64,000 nucleotides of DNA from a virus (Duplodnaviria; Heunggongvirae; Uroviricota; Caudoviricetes): positions 109,563 through 173,562 of the IMG/VR virus record IMGVR_UViG_3300029705_000023. One strand, given 5' to 3'. The translations under genes were made by a program, and so were the position numbers. Below, piece after piece: positions 19,301-28,139 of this stretch; position 1 is the stretch's first letter; each line of letters opens with the position of its first letter. A model generated the notes under the pieces. That model did no database searches, had not been told where the DNA came from, and saw nothing but the letters and a program-made list of their open reading frames with translations.

Positions 19301-20431
19301 TGCGATCCATTGCGCAGGCACACGTAAAAAGGAAGGCAGTGCGTCAATACCTGACTCTACTGCTGCTTTCGAGAAGTCTACTTTTTTATTGTTATCTTTT
19401 GCCCACTTATTCAGGTTGCCGATCAGTGTGCGGGCACCCTTCATCGGATCCTGAAGTGCTTCGGGAGTGTAGACGTCGGCCAGCTGATTCAGGAATTCTT
19501 CGTTTTTCATTCCATTCGTCTGCGCCAGTGTATGCAGACGAGTGAAAGTCTGACTTACATTGTCTCCGAAAAAAGCCATCGGGATCGTATCCAGCAACAG
19601 CTGCGACGCATACTGTTTCTGATGCTTTGTTCGATAGTCGCCGTACTCCTTGTGGTTTAACCAGTCGCTATTCCCGTGCGTCAACTCGGCTATCTGCTCA
19701 TCGAGGTGCGGCACAATGGCAGCCAGAACACGAAGCGGATTGTCCGAAAGCTGAGAGGGCAGCATATTAACATCCACGCCTGCCCGTCGGACGGCCGTGA
19801 ACAATAAGGACTCTGGCATAATTCCATCGGGTAGATCCTCAAGCTCGTCATTAAGCATTTCGAAAACCTGACGTGGCTGTTCGGGCAGCGACGACAGCAG
19901 GTTTTCTATTACGCGGGGCCGCCAGTCATTTATTACGTGGGGCAACTGGTCCTTGATCTTAGATGCTTTGGCCTTAGCTTGAGCTATGGTAGCCTCGAAC
20001 GAGGCTGCAGACGTTGAAGGTTTATTATCGGGTTTTGTGTTCTCTGCCGAGGGGGCCGGCTCAACCGAGGGCTGTAACTTGTCAGAGGAAATAGACATAT
20101 CCGCAGGAGAGCCGGCAGTATCGCCCTCCGGCATGCCCTGTACCGGCTCATCCGATACAGATAGATCAAGCTCATCACTGTCGGCATTGCGCAAATCAAC
20201 ACCTTGCGCAGTGGCCTCCGCTTGGACAGTCGAGTCATCGAGTGCCTTTTGAATAGCAGTAACACCCCGGACGAGGTCCAGGGTATCTTCATCACATTGC
20301 GACACTGCCTCTATAAACGCAGTAATTTCGTCCGGAGTGGCATCCCCGTTGTTAATCTTAACTGCCCGTTCATTAATCTGTGTCAGCGTCAGTTTTTGTG
20401 TGTCGTCCTGCTGTGCCATATACCTGTTCAT
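16343..20431 (-). CDS. Very large alpha-helical protein (1362 aa), possibly tape-measure-like or internal virion protein
   Basis: 4.1-kb ORF, rich in A/Q/E/L with predicted long helices. No enzymatic motif recognised. Its position next to tail genes suggests a tape-measure protein, but this is unverified. Confidence 0.45.
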   Translation of the reverse strand: MNRYMAQQDDTQKLTLTQINERAVKINNGDATPDEITAFIEAVSQCDEDTLDLVRGVTAIQKALDDSTVQAEATAQGVDLRNADSDELDLSVSDEPVQGMPEGDTAGSPADMSISSDKLQPSVEPAPSAENTKPDNKPSTSAASFEATIAQAKAKASKIKDQLPHVINDWRPRVIENLLSSLPEQPRQVFEMLNDELEDLPDGIMPESLLFTAVRRAGVDVNMLPSQLSDNPLRVLAAIVPHLDEQIAELTHGNSDWLNHKEYGDYRTKHQKQYASQLLLDTIPMAFFGDNVSQTFTRLHTLAQTNGMKNEEFLNQLADVYTPEALQDPMKGARTLIGNLNKWAKDNNKKVDFSKAAVESGIDALPSFLRVPAQWIADTAHSTFGTGYDTLLGVGSWFGSMAGDVKNAFGELFSLESRYNTSTALDEQILNRMLVWNRAEALGDVSERQTQAGMRNIQQLAKKLNIDLHDDTARQIVQIYNSPMTKALRQQMLTQIAATKPEYKQILQNIDEMASSLFVGPHGDYAGLYDTAVDGSLSTEAMLMFGQFAQLAAAGPTRENAWAKAADYQEALTVMRNTGLQTDRYVLRGDTDVLRGIKRLSEAQKKQFTRQIESAVLSDMLDANNFHGDKLYNDDGTLKDENFVMRYYDAEGKLITEDEWKNLPEDKGRTSSNIAENEVTSAKEASAQAVRDLLSEITRAPSDTDAVQLLRQYAQESGTSAAERARKHAAQKIIAFAGGAALETDVAERLRDLSAIQTAAQGLSDFDKFFKPGQELEAAQQFAQLLGSTNLNAENAAEQASRNIRWTQANDITLERTVSIAQAVGQQLQKLGVSSEEIGRATEFAQMLHYSNMHSGSSTDFDPNRSMAQSAQVASRIFASDYMENAAWILSQDEATLQKLGLAETAKRIRSGQGTKDDYQLIAERETLRDRWMNAGYSSESFDSHFTRGGQQAIRNSLSAADSQAAAMTAHRTSNQWNVLENMTGDAARYEWEKALEGRVSKDQKTAAIDAATALISTGFTSQDIKELLSNKRELTPRERTRLQNAGQNDVIDALEGDQLVVNAIGVEQGMRAVTGLANMTLESFDYTRALDDAASRRIAMEAHLSRILPLPENSTLQAALDAEGGILTFAANLLKGKGYGLNEKQIQGLLAETNTQAGLQTILFGASIQKSSKEMLQLLFGVTDPENLSDKQVKNLASDLGISTNNLSRGEVEAALFTELSSLTAEKLPALAETWANGDKQSAVALLKAIRTLSNAEAKEHVKARAESASDPALVSGTETAAPKSSAGSTGTPPSEASPASEKNSPVVPAVETAPGTAEAITSLLGSGIRDLVAKFQAEDNSIRVVIANTKDLRAEIAGNV

Positions 20432-20744
20432 ACGCCTGTTTTAGACGTTCATAAGGGTTGTCGGTTTCTTCGTCTTCTATCTCCGGCAGGTGCAGCATTT
20501 TCAGCAGTAATGCTCGATTATGCCGCAGCCGCGCGTAGTTTTTCTTTCTGGAGTCTTCATCCGCCATTACCGTGGAAATAACACAGTGGAGTGCGGAATG
20601 CGCCGCTGCGGTTGCTTGATTCAGACGGTACAATTCCTCGATAATAAGTTTCAGCCTTGTAAAGTAATTCGGTCCGACTGCCGCGAAGTTGAACCTTCCG
20701 GTAGCCGCTGCCTGCAGGATCATGCCGAAGTCGGACCGTGCCAA
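20373..20744 (-). CDS. Hypothetical protein (123 aa)
   Basis: ORF overlapping both neighbours within the minus-strand operon. Confidence 0.35.
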   Translation of the reverse strand: MARSDFGMILQAAATGRFNFAAVGPNYFTRLKLIIEELYRLNQATAAAHSALHCVISTVMADEDSRKKNYARLRHNRALLLKMLHLPEIEDEETDNPYERLKQAYEQVYGTAGRHTKTDADTD

Positions 20745-21778
20745 AAATCCTTATCATACAACTCCTGCTGCAGACGGATGAGCAGCCGGTTAAACTCCTT
20801 CCAGTGTTCTATAAGCTCCTGCTGAAGCTCTACAGAGGTGATCATTCGGTTGTACCACTTCTCCATGAAATATTCCAGCCTCGTATGTGTTGTATCCGGG
20901 TTGAACTCGAAACTCCATACTGACGGAACTACAGGGGCGGTCAACTGAACTTCTGGTGCGTATTGGATCGCTTTCAGCGAGAGAGCAGTGTGATACTGAT
21001 TAAACTTCCGGTTCGCGACAGGGATGATATTCAGTTTCTGTTCCTGCTGCTCCTTGGAAAAGAGCTCAATAAACAATTCCTCCTCTTCAGAAGACGAGGT
21101 CTTGAAAGTCACCTGGCACAGCCCGCCCCAGCAGGAATAGGTTTTGGTGAATGCAGGCCCGCCAAGAACATAAACAAGGTACGCTCTCTGATCACTGAGG
21201 TCCAGTTCCGCAGGTGTATACTCCTGACTCAGGTTCCATTTGCAGCAGGGGCATACTGCGGGAGGCAGTTGTGCGTTATTAATAGCAAGAGGTGAGGGCT
21301 TTGGTTCTTCCAGTTCTTCCAGTTCTTCCTCTAATTCTTCCTCCGATGCTTCATCTTCCAGAATACGGGCTTCTGACTGGATCCGGTCTACTTCTGCCTG
21401 AATTGCGGCTTCTTTGATCTGACGCATTACTCCCTGGTCTTCATCAGTGATCCGGAACTGATCTCCGAGACTCTCTTCTGCGGCTGTCAGGGCATTTTCT
21501 TTCTCCTGGATCTTCCGCACGGCACTCTGTAGAGTCAGCAGTACTTCCGGGTGTTTCAGAGCCGCTCTTACACTGTCCGGACGGGATGGGAGTCCCAATG
21601 TCTGAAACACTGCTCCGAAATATTCCGGAAGCTGCCCGGGAATAGCTCCGCCTTCTTTCCAGCCGACTTCTTTCAGGCTTTCACGTACCCATGCTCCGGC
21701 GGTTGCCCGCAGCGACACCGGCTTCTGTATGTCAAGGATCTTGTGAAGATTCAGCAAATCAGCATTCATACTTTCCAT
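20720..21778 (-). CDS. Hypothetical protein with acidic EEELEEELEELEE tract and CPCC motif (352 aa)
   Basis: ORF in the structural operon. No family recognised. Confidence 0.45.
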   Translation of the reverse strand: MESMNADLLNLHKILDIQKPVSLRATAGAWVRESLKEVGWKEGGAIPGQLPEYFGAVFQTLGLPSRPDSVRAALKHPEVLLTLQSAVRKIQEKENALTAAEESLGDQFRITDEDQGVMRQIKEAAIQAEVDRIQSEARILEDEASEEELEEELEELEEPKPSPLAINNAQLPPAVCPCCKWNLSQEYTPAELDLSDQRAYLVYVLGGPAFTKTYSCWGGLCQVTFKTSSSEEEELFIELFSKEQQEQKLNIIPVANRKFNQYHTALSLKAIQYAPEVQLTAPVVPSVWSFEFNPDTTHTRLEYFMEKWYNRMITSVELQQELIEHWKEFNRLLIRLQQELYDKDFWHGPTSA

Positions 21779-21790
21779 AAATCACTCCTG

Positions 21791-24406
21791 TTAAAGTACC
21801 TTCCAGGTATCTAAATTTTTGATCTCCGGCTTATTATACTGGGGATCCTTGTACTCCGCAACCGGCTCATTTCCAGACCATCTTTGCTTTGGTAGCCCTC
21901 TGGAAGTAAGATTGGAATCCTGAGTCACAAGGCACGGTTTTTCTTTGAGATACTTTTTACCCGGATAAGGATGTTCTCCTTTTCCAGAAGAGGTAGTTAC
22001 TGTCGTTTCTGTCCATGTCTCTATACCGGAGCTGCAGATAAGCTGCCAGTTGTCTGCGTAGATGTAGAAAGATTCAGGAAGATCCAGTTCCTCGTCTGTT
22101 CGAAAACTGAAGCCGGCACCAGTCAGGACTTCGGAATATCCGGGACGCCCTTTGTCATAGAATTGGGATTGAACGATACCAGAGCGGTTTTTCTGCTGCG
22201 CTTGTACGTTTTCTGATTCAATACGGGTTTGCGCTTGTCGCAGCCGTGTATCAAACGCGGCAGCGGTCTCGTCCTTCAGCGGAGAAACGTAGATTTTGGT
22301 GACGGCGTCTTTCGTATACACGTGCGTGCCGGAATAGAATCCGCCTCCGGCGTCTACCTGCTTTTGAAAGGTACCGCTGCCGTTGCATAGGAGCTGTCCA
22401 GGCAGCGTGTGCTGATCTTTCAGGGATTCCTGCACCGCTTCTACACGCCCAGCTTCAAAATCGCCCCAGTTAAGCGCGTGCCGTGTCTTGATAAAATCCA
22501 GCTTCTCTGTACTTTGTGTAAAAAGTCTTCCGCGTCCGGCATCCAGCATCATCCCGCCGCCTTGCCCCTCGACCCCTGCTCTTGCGAAGACAGTATTCGC
22601 CAGCATAGAGAGAGTACCTTTTGCCGTTTTAATAACGACACCGCCGGTCTCGATTTGTTCTCCCGCGCTAGTGAAATCCATGGATCCCCGCCCTTTACTT
22701 TCGATCACGACACCGGATCGGGAACCTTCATTACCTCCGAGAAGCTCCAGATTTTTTTCCGCTTTTATGCGAACAGAACCTTTTGTAGTTGTGAGGTCTG
22801 CGTGTTTTCGTGTCCTTAAATTTAAGTCGCGCCCGGACCATATCTGTGTGTCTTTCCCTGATCGGATCCAGATCCCGCCCGGTGCGGAGATGGTTATCTG
22901 CCCTCCGGACATCCGTAATTCTGAACCATATCCATCTTGAAGCACGACCCCTCCATCCGGAAGGAGATGCAGCCCTGCCTCCGCCGGAGTATACTTCTGT
23001 TCTGTGTTTTCCAGCCGCGTAGACCAGTCCGCAGGGTAGTCAATCAGCTGGCGAGAGTGCAGTTCTTTTATTTTTTTGGACAGATCCCAGACTGGCGTAT
23101 CCTTTATTACATCCCGTATCTCCGGTACATACCACTCTTTTCGATGGAAAAGAAGGGGTGCGACAAGTTTATAGTTCAGGGTGTAGGCTGCATAATCCCG
23201 AATCCCCATCAGGCTCTGCATCAGCTTTGAAGTATCCGTCGCAGTAAAGTCCGGCTCGCCCTTAATCACTATCTGGGCATGTGTGAAGTCGTAATTGTCT
23301 CTGGTATCGCCTTTAAGTGGGTCTTCGGTAAGCTCGATTCGTTGTATAGAAGGAAGGACACCTCGCTTGGTAATCGAGATACCTTTGGACGACTCAATAC
23401 TGAGGAAACCGTCACTGTGCTGAGCGATTCGGGAAAGTGCCTTTTGATCTGGTTCCTTTTTGCCATATTCCGCTACCTTACTATCCGCAGGCGGTGCCAG
23501 GATCCACGATTGTTTTCCCTGCCCCAGCCAGCCGCCAAGTTCTATAACGCGATGAAAAGGTTTCGCTTGCTGTACGACCGGCTCTGTGAATGAGCGGGCA
23601 TCATTGTGCAGATCCATCCACTTCTCATTAAATTCAACAATATCAGAGGACGGTTTGTGGTAGTAGCCAAAAGATTCCCAGGGGTTTAAGCAGTGACCCG
23701 AGTATTCAATATATTCCCCATGATCGTTTAATTGTTCCTCATAGCTTCCAGAGGTAATTTTCTGATAGTTGATCCCGGCTATTCTGAGCAGGGAATCGTC
23801 GCGGAAGGCCCAGAGACCGGTTGCGTCATTCACAGACATCAAAGTCATGAAAGGATCCAGAAACAGTTTAGGCCCTGCGGGGGAGCCAACATAGAATTCA
23901 CCTGCGTCGTACCTCTGCACCGGCATACCATGTGTCCAGCGCGGAAGATATGAATTGGGGTCCAGACTATAAAGCGACTTTTGGAAAGCCTCCTCACGCC
24001 GAAAGTTTTCAGAGTGCGTGATCAGAGTACGCAGATCCGCGTCGTTATATCGGGACCGTTCCCCGTATTTCCCCAGAATGACTGCATCGAGCATATCTGT
24101 TTGACAGGCGAGCAATACCAGATCTCCAGGACAATACCCAGGCGAACATTGTACCATACCTCCGGTTGTCATGAGCGGATGCGCAATACGAATACCATTT
24201 TGCGCAGTATTTACCTTGTAGATATTTTCACCCAGACATGCGTCTGCTATCGTTCCAATACACAAGATCATACCGTTGTTTCTGAAAGAAAATTCACGCA
24301 TTCGACTTTGCCCGGCAGGATCCTTGGGAATATCCCCGGGCGGGAGCATCCCGGAAAGCTGCGTGAAGTTCTCGAAGCAATAGTTGGCAAATTCCTGTAG
24401 ATTCAT
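21791..24406 (-). CDS. Large tail/baseplate protein with beta-helix-like repeats (871 aa), candidate hub/spike or host-recognition protein
   Basis: Trimmed to ATG 24406 (ATGA overlap with the upstream gene). Glycine-rich repetitive beta-strand segments (GGVVLQDGYGSELRMSGGQITISAPGGIWIRSGKD...GSVRIKAEKNLELLGGNEGSRSGVVIESKG). Confidence 0.5.
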   Translation of the reverse strand: MNLQEFANYCFENFTQLSGMLPPGDIPKDPAGQSRMREFSFRNNGMILCIGTIADACLGENIYKVNTAQNGIRIAHPLMTTGGMVQCSPGYCPGDLVLLACQTDMLDAVILGKYGERSRYNDADLRTLITHSENFRREEAFQKSLYSLDPNSYLPRWTHGMPVQRYDAGEFYVGSPAGPKLFLDPFMTLMSVNDATGLWAFRDDSLLRIAGINYQKITSGSYEEQLNDHGEYIEYSGHCLNPWESFGYYHKPSSDIVEFNEKWMDLHNDARSFTEPVVQQAKPFHRVIELGGWLGQGKQSWILAPPADSKVAEYGKKEPDQKALSRIAQHSDGFLSIESSKGISITKRGVLPSIQRIELTEDPLKGDTRDNYDFTHAQIVIKGEPDFTATDTSKLMQSLMGIRDYAAYTLNYKLVAPLLFHRKEWYVPEIRDVIKDTPVWDLSKKIKELHSRQLIDYPADWSTRLENTEQKYTPAEAGLHLLPDGGVVLQDGYGSELRMSGGQITISAPGGIWIRSGKDTQIWSGRDLNLRTRKHADLTTTKGSVRIKAEKNLELLGGNEGSRSGVVIESKGRGSMDFTSAGEQIETGGVVIKTAKGTLSMLANTVFARAGVEGQGGGMMLDAGRGRLFTQSTEKLDFIKTRHALNWGDFEAGRVEAVQESLKDQHTLPGQLLCNGSGTFQKQVDAGGGFYSGTHVYTKDAVTKIYVSPLKDETAAAFDTRLRQAQTRIESENVQAQQKNRSGIVQSQFYDKGRPGYSEVLTGAGFSFRTDEELDLPESFYIYADNWQLICSSGIETWTETTVTTSSGKGEHPYPGKKYLKEKPCLVTQDSNLTSRGLPKQRWSGNEPVAEYKDPQYNKPEIKNLDTWKVL

Positions 24407-24729
24407 CGCACACCTCCAAACACACAAAAGCCGTTCCAGGCCTCATTGTCCATATTCCAGACGCACTGGCTTTCTTCCGAGTCCGGAACCCGGAAGGTCA
24501 GCGTACTGCGAAGCGGTCCGCTGAAAGCGGAGGTCATGAAAGTGTAGAGCCGGAAGCCGTCACCTGTGTGTTTCTGGTGGAGCCATACTTCCGGGTTTTC
24601 GAATTCCGGGTTCACGATAAAGAAACGGGCATCAAGGATCTCATCAGGTCTCAGGCCGGAAGCCTCCGGATTTTCCTGAAACGGATAACTTCGATGACTG
24701 TTTGCGGTGTTCCAGTCTGAAATAGCCAT
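24403..24729 (-). CDS. Small baseplate-associated protein (108 aa)
   Basis: Trimmed to ATG 24729 with AAGGAG 5 nt upstream. The N-terminus (DWNTANSHRSYPFQ) shares a motif with the protein at 249..1238. Confidence 0.45.
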   Translation of the reverse strand: MAISDWNTANSHRSYPFQENPEASGLRPDEILDARFFIVNPEFENPEVWLHQKHTGDGFRLYTFMTSAFSGPLRSTLTFRVPDSEESQCVWNMDNEAWNGFCVFGGVR

Positions 24730-24811
24730 AATTCTCCTTTTGCTGCGGATAAAAGTTTCAGGTATACTACGGGAAATGTAACACACAGCTACCTTTTTGA
24801 CAAGGATATGA

Positions 24812-25528
24812 ATGATGCCTTATAACTACAGAAACTTGAATCAATGGTATCAGCCGATGGCTTATCGCGGTTATAAGCAGGCAGCGTCTGCTCCCATGCC
24901 TATGGATCCGGCCATGATGGGCGGTGCTCCGCCTATGGATCCGGCGATGATGGGCGGTGCTCCACCTATGGACCCCGCCATGATGGGTGGTGCTCCGCCT
25001 ATGGATCCTGCCATGATGGGCGGTGCTCCGCCTATGGATCCGGCGATGATGGGCGGTGCCCCTCCGATGGATCCGGCTGCCGCGATGGGACTTCCGCCGT
25101 CCGCTCCGCCTCCGGGAGGAGATCCGGCTGCCGCGGGAGGAGATCCTGCCGCCGCGGATGCCGGCGGGAAGAAGAGTAAAAAGCAGCAGAGTGATGAAAC
25201 GATGCAGCAGATCCTCACCGCCCTGTACAACATGCAGGTCCAGCTGGCTGTGTTGATGAAAGCCGTTGGTGCAGAGATCCCGCCGGAAGTTCTGATCATG
25301 CCTCCGGGTGCCGGCGGTCCGGACATCTCGCAGCCGATTCCGAAGATGGTGGACCTTGGAGGCGGCGGAGAAGCGGCTCCGGAAGCGGCTGCCGAAGGTG
25401 CTCCTCCAGTCGTGGAACCGGGCGGCGAACCGCAGATCGGTGGTGAAATGCCCAAGACAGGAAGCCTGAAAGATATTCTCTTCAGACGTGATTCTTTACG
25501 GGATATTCTGTTCTCTTACGGCTACTAA
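24812..25528 (+). CDS. Pro/Met/Gly-rich protein with six tandem PMDPAMMGGAP repeats (238 aa)
   Basis: ORF with AAGGA upstream. Repeat-containing N-terminal half, then a conserved-looking helical segment (MQQILTALYNMQVQLAVLMKAV). Confidence 0.5.
   Translation: MMPYNYRNLNQWYQPMAYRGYKQAASAPMPMDPAMMGGAPPMDPAMMGGAPPMDPAMMGGAPPMDPAMMGGAPPMDPAMMGGAPPMDPAAAMGLPPSAPPPGGDPAAAGGDPAAADAGGKKSKKQQSDETMQQILTALYNMQVQLAVLMKAVGAEIPPEVLIMPPGAGGPDISQPIPKMVDLGGGGEAAPEAAAEGAPPVVEPGGEPQIGGEMPKTGSLKDILFRRDSLRDILFSYGY
24898..25095 (+). repeat. 33-nt tandem repeat x6 (ccgcctatggatccggcSatgatgggcggtgct)
   Basis: Direct reading of six near-identical 33-mers, in frame within 24812..25528. Confidence 0.8.
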
Positions 25529-25530
25529 GA

Positions 25531-25568
25531 AAAAAAGGGCGGTCTTCTGTGACCGCCCGGTCTTTTAT
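25531..25568. terminator. Bidirectional rho-independent terminator between convergent genes
   Basis: AAAAAA-GGGCGGTC-ttctgt-GACCGCCC-GGTCTTTTAT. A-run and T-run flank the hairpin. Confidence 0.6.
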
Positions 25569-25574
25569 AGCTTT

Positions 25575-26318
25575 CTAAAATGGCTCTGTTGTACCGCATA
25601 GACCTGCGGCCGCGAGCCATCGATCGATCTCTACTTCCGTTAGCCGTGAAGACACGGGCTCAGGGTACAGATGGTTATTTCGTCCGCATGAATCCGCCCA
25701 GCACAGATCCCGAATGAACACGAGCGCCATTGGGTCACAGACGCTGCCGGACAGTACATACGAAGCCCACATGCGGACCTCTTTTTGGGAGGTCCCGCTC
25801 AGTGCGCTCCAACGCTGCCGTATTGGACGGCTGTTTTGGAAATATTCCTGAAGCGTTTCCGGCGGAACAAGCTCCTTCAACCCGGCTTCCGGATCCTGAA
25901 GCCAGTCCTCTGGAAGCTGAAACATAGCCCGAAGGTATTCAGCTGCGAAAGACAGGGGCAATTCCTCGTTGTCCTGATATTTCCGCAGAAACCGTTGACC
26001 AAGCAAAAAACCTGTCAGATCCAGAATCGGAAGTCCTCGGGCTCGGTCGAGCAGTGCTTGAAGATTACGGACTTTTTCTTCTTTGAACGCAGCCCGCAGT
26101 CGGGTCGGCTCCGGGAGGATGAGCCCAGCGGAGGAGGCAAGCGGTTGACGCAGCCAGGATCTACATTGCTTCACTTCACAGGACCACCGCTTCTGCCCTT
26201 CCAGCGTATACTCCTCTTCCGGATACGGGCGATACAGCTCCCTCAGAAAACCGGACGCCATCTGCAGTGCAATAGATGTAAACGTATCCCGATCCAGATC
26301 GTTAGTCCTGGAACACAT
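25575..26318 (-). CDS. Hypothetical protein (247 aa); paralog of 26745..27482
   Basis: Shares LQEYFQNSRPIRQRWSALS versus LRPYYERHQETLERWNSLS with the 245-aa protein. Confidence 0.45.
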   Translation of the reverse strand: MCSRTNDLDRDTFTSIALQMASGFLRELYRPYPEEEYTLEGQKRWSCEVKQCRSWLRQPLASSAGLILPEPTRLRAAFKEEKVRNLQALLDRARGLPILDLTGFLLGQRFLRKYQDNEELPLSFAAEYLRAMFQLPEDWLQDPEAGLKELVPPETLQEYFQNSRPIRQRWSALSGTSQKEVRMWASYVLSGSVCDPMALVFIRDLCWADSCGRNNHLYPEPVSSRLTEVEIDRWLAAAGLCGTTEPF

Positions 26319-26401
26319 AATTAACTCCTTTTGTTCTTTCTCCCCTCTCTACTCAAGAAACAGAGATTCCCGTCCGATAGACTGAATAGCTAAAACTGTA
26401 C

Positions 26402-26836
26402 TTGAATGAAAGGGATTATATGGGTTCATCTCTTAAGCGCGACGTTCGTTCGCTAAAATCGGTATTACGTGAAGTGTATAAAACTTCGTGCGGCACGGAC
26501 CGGGCATTAGATCTTGCTGCTCTGACGACACGTCTACAAGTACTGGAAGGATACTCCGTGGAGGCAGTAGCGGAGACAGTGAGTCTGTTAATTTCCAGCG
26601 GATGTTTGGAGCACAAGCTCTATGGTATAAATACACCTGTGGCGGATGCGCCCGATGGAAAGGGGCATTTCTCCAGGGGTCACAGTATTCTTCGCTGTAC
26701 CGAGCGGGGGTTGGTCTTGCTTGGCATATGCACGGATGCGCATATTAATCAACTCTGTGACGTTGAAACAGACCAGGAGGCTGTCCAGCAGATCCTTGTA
26801 TGGACGCACAGGGAGGAAACAGAAAACCACAGCTAA
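26402..26836 (+). CDS. Hypothetical protein (144 aa)
   Basis: ORF between the two paralogs. Weak RBS. 3' end overlaps the convergent gene by about 90 nt, so one of the two ends is uncertain. Confidence 0.35.
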   Translation: MNERDYMGSSLKRDVRSLKSVLREVYKTSCGTDRALDLAALTTRLQVLEGYSVEAVAETVSLLISSGCLEHKLYGINTPVADAPDGKGHFSRGHSILRCTERGLVLLGICTDAHINQLCDVETDQEAVQQILVWTHREETENHS

Positions 26837-27482
26837 GCAGCAGTTCTTTGGTACTTGCGTAATCCCACGGCGCAGCGCTGCCCAGGAATTTCTTCCGAAG
26901 CTCCATTCCGGCATTCTTGTCGATCACCTCGAGATCTTCCGCTGCAGCGATCAGGCGTTCCGTTCCTGTTTGATCTCGAAACCAGGTGCCGGGTATTTCC
27001 TCTCCGGCTGTAAGACAGGCTTCTGCGAGCAGGCGGGTAAACCTGCTGTCAAGGTTCCATAGAAGATCCCGGTAGTCATCAGAAGACAACGAATTCCACC
27101 TTTCCAGTGTCTCCTGATGTCTTTCGTAATAGGGGCGCAGCTGTTTCAACACGGAATACTCTGGAATGTCCTTCCGTAAGAATGTATCTGGAGGCAGCAC
27201 AAGCGCGATGCGTGTCCATTCTGCTATATGTTCTACAGCGGGTGTTTCCGAAGAGAGGATCCAGCTTAAGTGTCTTCCGAAATTAGGGTATGCTGCGTGG
27301 ATCGTACCGTAAGATCGGTGGATCCAGTGGATCTGCTGTGATGCTTCTGCCCCAAATTCACGTTTAGAGAGGCTTCCGTCGTCCAGCACCTGCGACTGGT
27401 ATTTCTGTATCAGGCTCAACCCAAGCAGTATTCGGATCTTCTCTACATCCTCTGGAAAACGCCGATTCCTGTCCGTAATCAT
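26745..27482 (-). CDS. Hypothetical protein (245 aa); paralog of 25575..26318
   Basis: See paralog motif above. The C-terminal 30 aa are low-complexity and may be read-through. Confidence 0.45.
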   Translation of the reverse strand: MITDRNRRFPEDVEKIRILLGLSLIQKYQSQVLDDGSLSKREFGAEASQQIHWIHRSYGTIHAAYPNFGRHLSWILSSETPAVEHIAEWTRIALVLPPDTFLRKDIPEYSVLKQLRPYYERHQETLERWNSLSSDDYRDLLWNLDSRFTRLLAEACLTAGEEIPGTWFRDQTGTERLIAAAEDLEVIDKNAGMELRKKFLGSAAPWDYASTKELLLSCGFLFPPCASIQGSAGQPPGLFQRHRVD

Positions 27483-27565
27483 CCGGGCTCCTTTCTGAGA
27501 TTGCTTATTAATAACTCTTCATTATAATAAGCGAAAACACATCCTGCGCAAGAGGAGGACTTGTT

Positions 27566-27760
27566 ATGCTTTATTTGGGAACTATCATCTTTACGGCAGC
27601 GGTTCTTATTCAATTCAGGAGAGTTTATATGCAGTATCAGACCCAATTTAAGGCACCGTCACAGACGGAAACAGAAGCGAGGTCCGCGAGCTCCGGCAGA
27701 GGCGGGCGAAGGTCCAGCTCAGCGTGCTCGCACAGCCTCGGGGAGAGGAGCAGCCTCTGA
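27566..27760 (+). CDS. Small hydrophobic N-terminal protein (64 aa)
   Basis: Strong RBS AGAGGAGG 6 nt upstream of ATG. TATAAT-like box at about 27520. Ends at the operator-like repeats. Confidence 0.35.
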   Translation: MLYLGTIIFTAAVLIQFRRVYMQYQTQFKAPSQTETEARSASSGRGGRRSSSACSHSLGERSSL

Positions 27761-27767
27761 TACCGGA

Positions 27768-27847
27768 GTCTATTGCTCAAATTTTGTGATTTTTTGAGCA
27801 ATAGACTGTTCTTATGCACAAATTTTTCGATTTTTTGAGCAATAGAC
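27768..27847. promoter_or_regulatory. Operator-like repeat set: 14-mer GTCTATTGCTCAAA (27768-27781), its reverse complement TTTGAGCAATAGAC (27793-27806) forming an 11-bp-spaced palindrome, and a third direct copy (27834-27847)
   Basis: Read directly. Extended 19-mer GATTTTTTGAGCAATAGAC occurs twice (27788-27806, 27829-27847). Confidence 0.55.
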
Positions 27848-28139
27848 CGGGAGCTGCCCGGGCACGGTTCTCACAAGATGGAGGCCGTGTTTCTTTTTTA
27901 GCTGTCACAGTCTGCCGCCTGTCTTAATATGCCGGTAACAGATCCATACCCAAGACTACATAATCGCAGTGGCCTGTGCCGCCCCAGTAAGACGATAATA
28001 AACCGCCTCTACCTGCCCTTTTCCTTGCAGACCTCGACGATTTCTGCCGGTTTATGTCCGGACGCTAAACTTTCTCCTCTATTCATCCGAACAATTAGAC
28101 GGTATGCTGTGAAACATTTGGTCTAAGCAAGGAGCTGAC

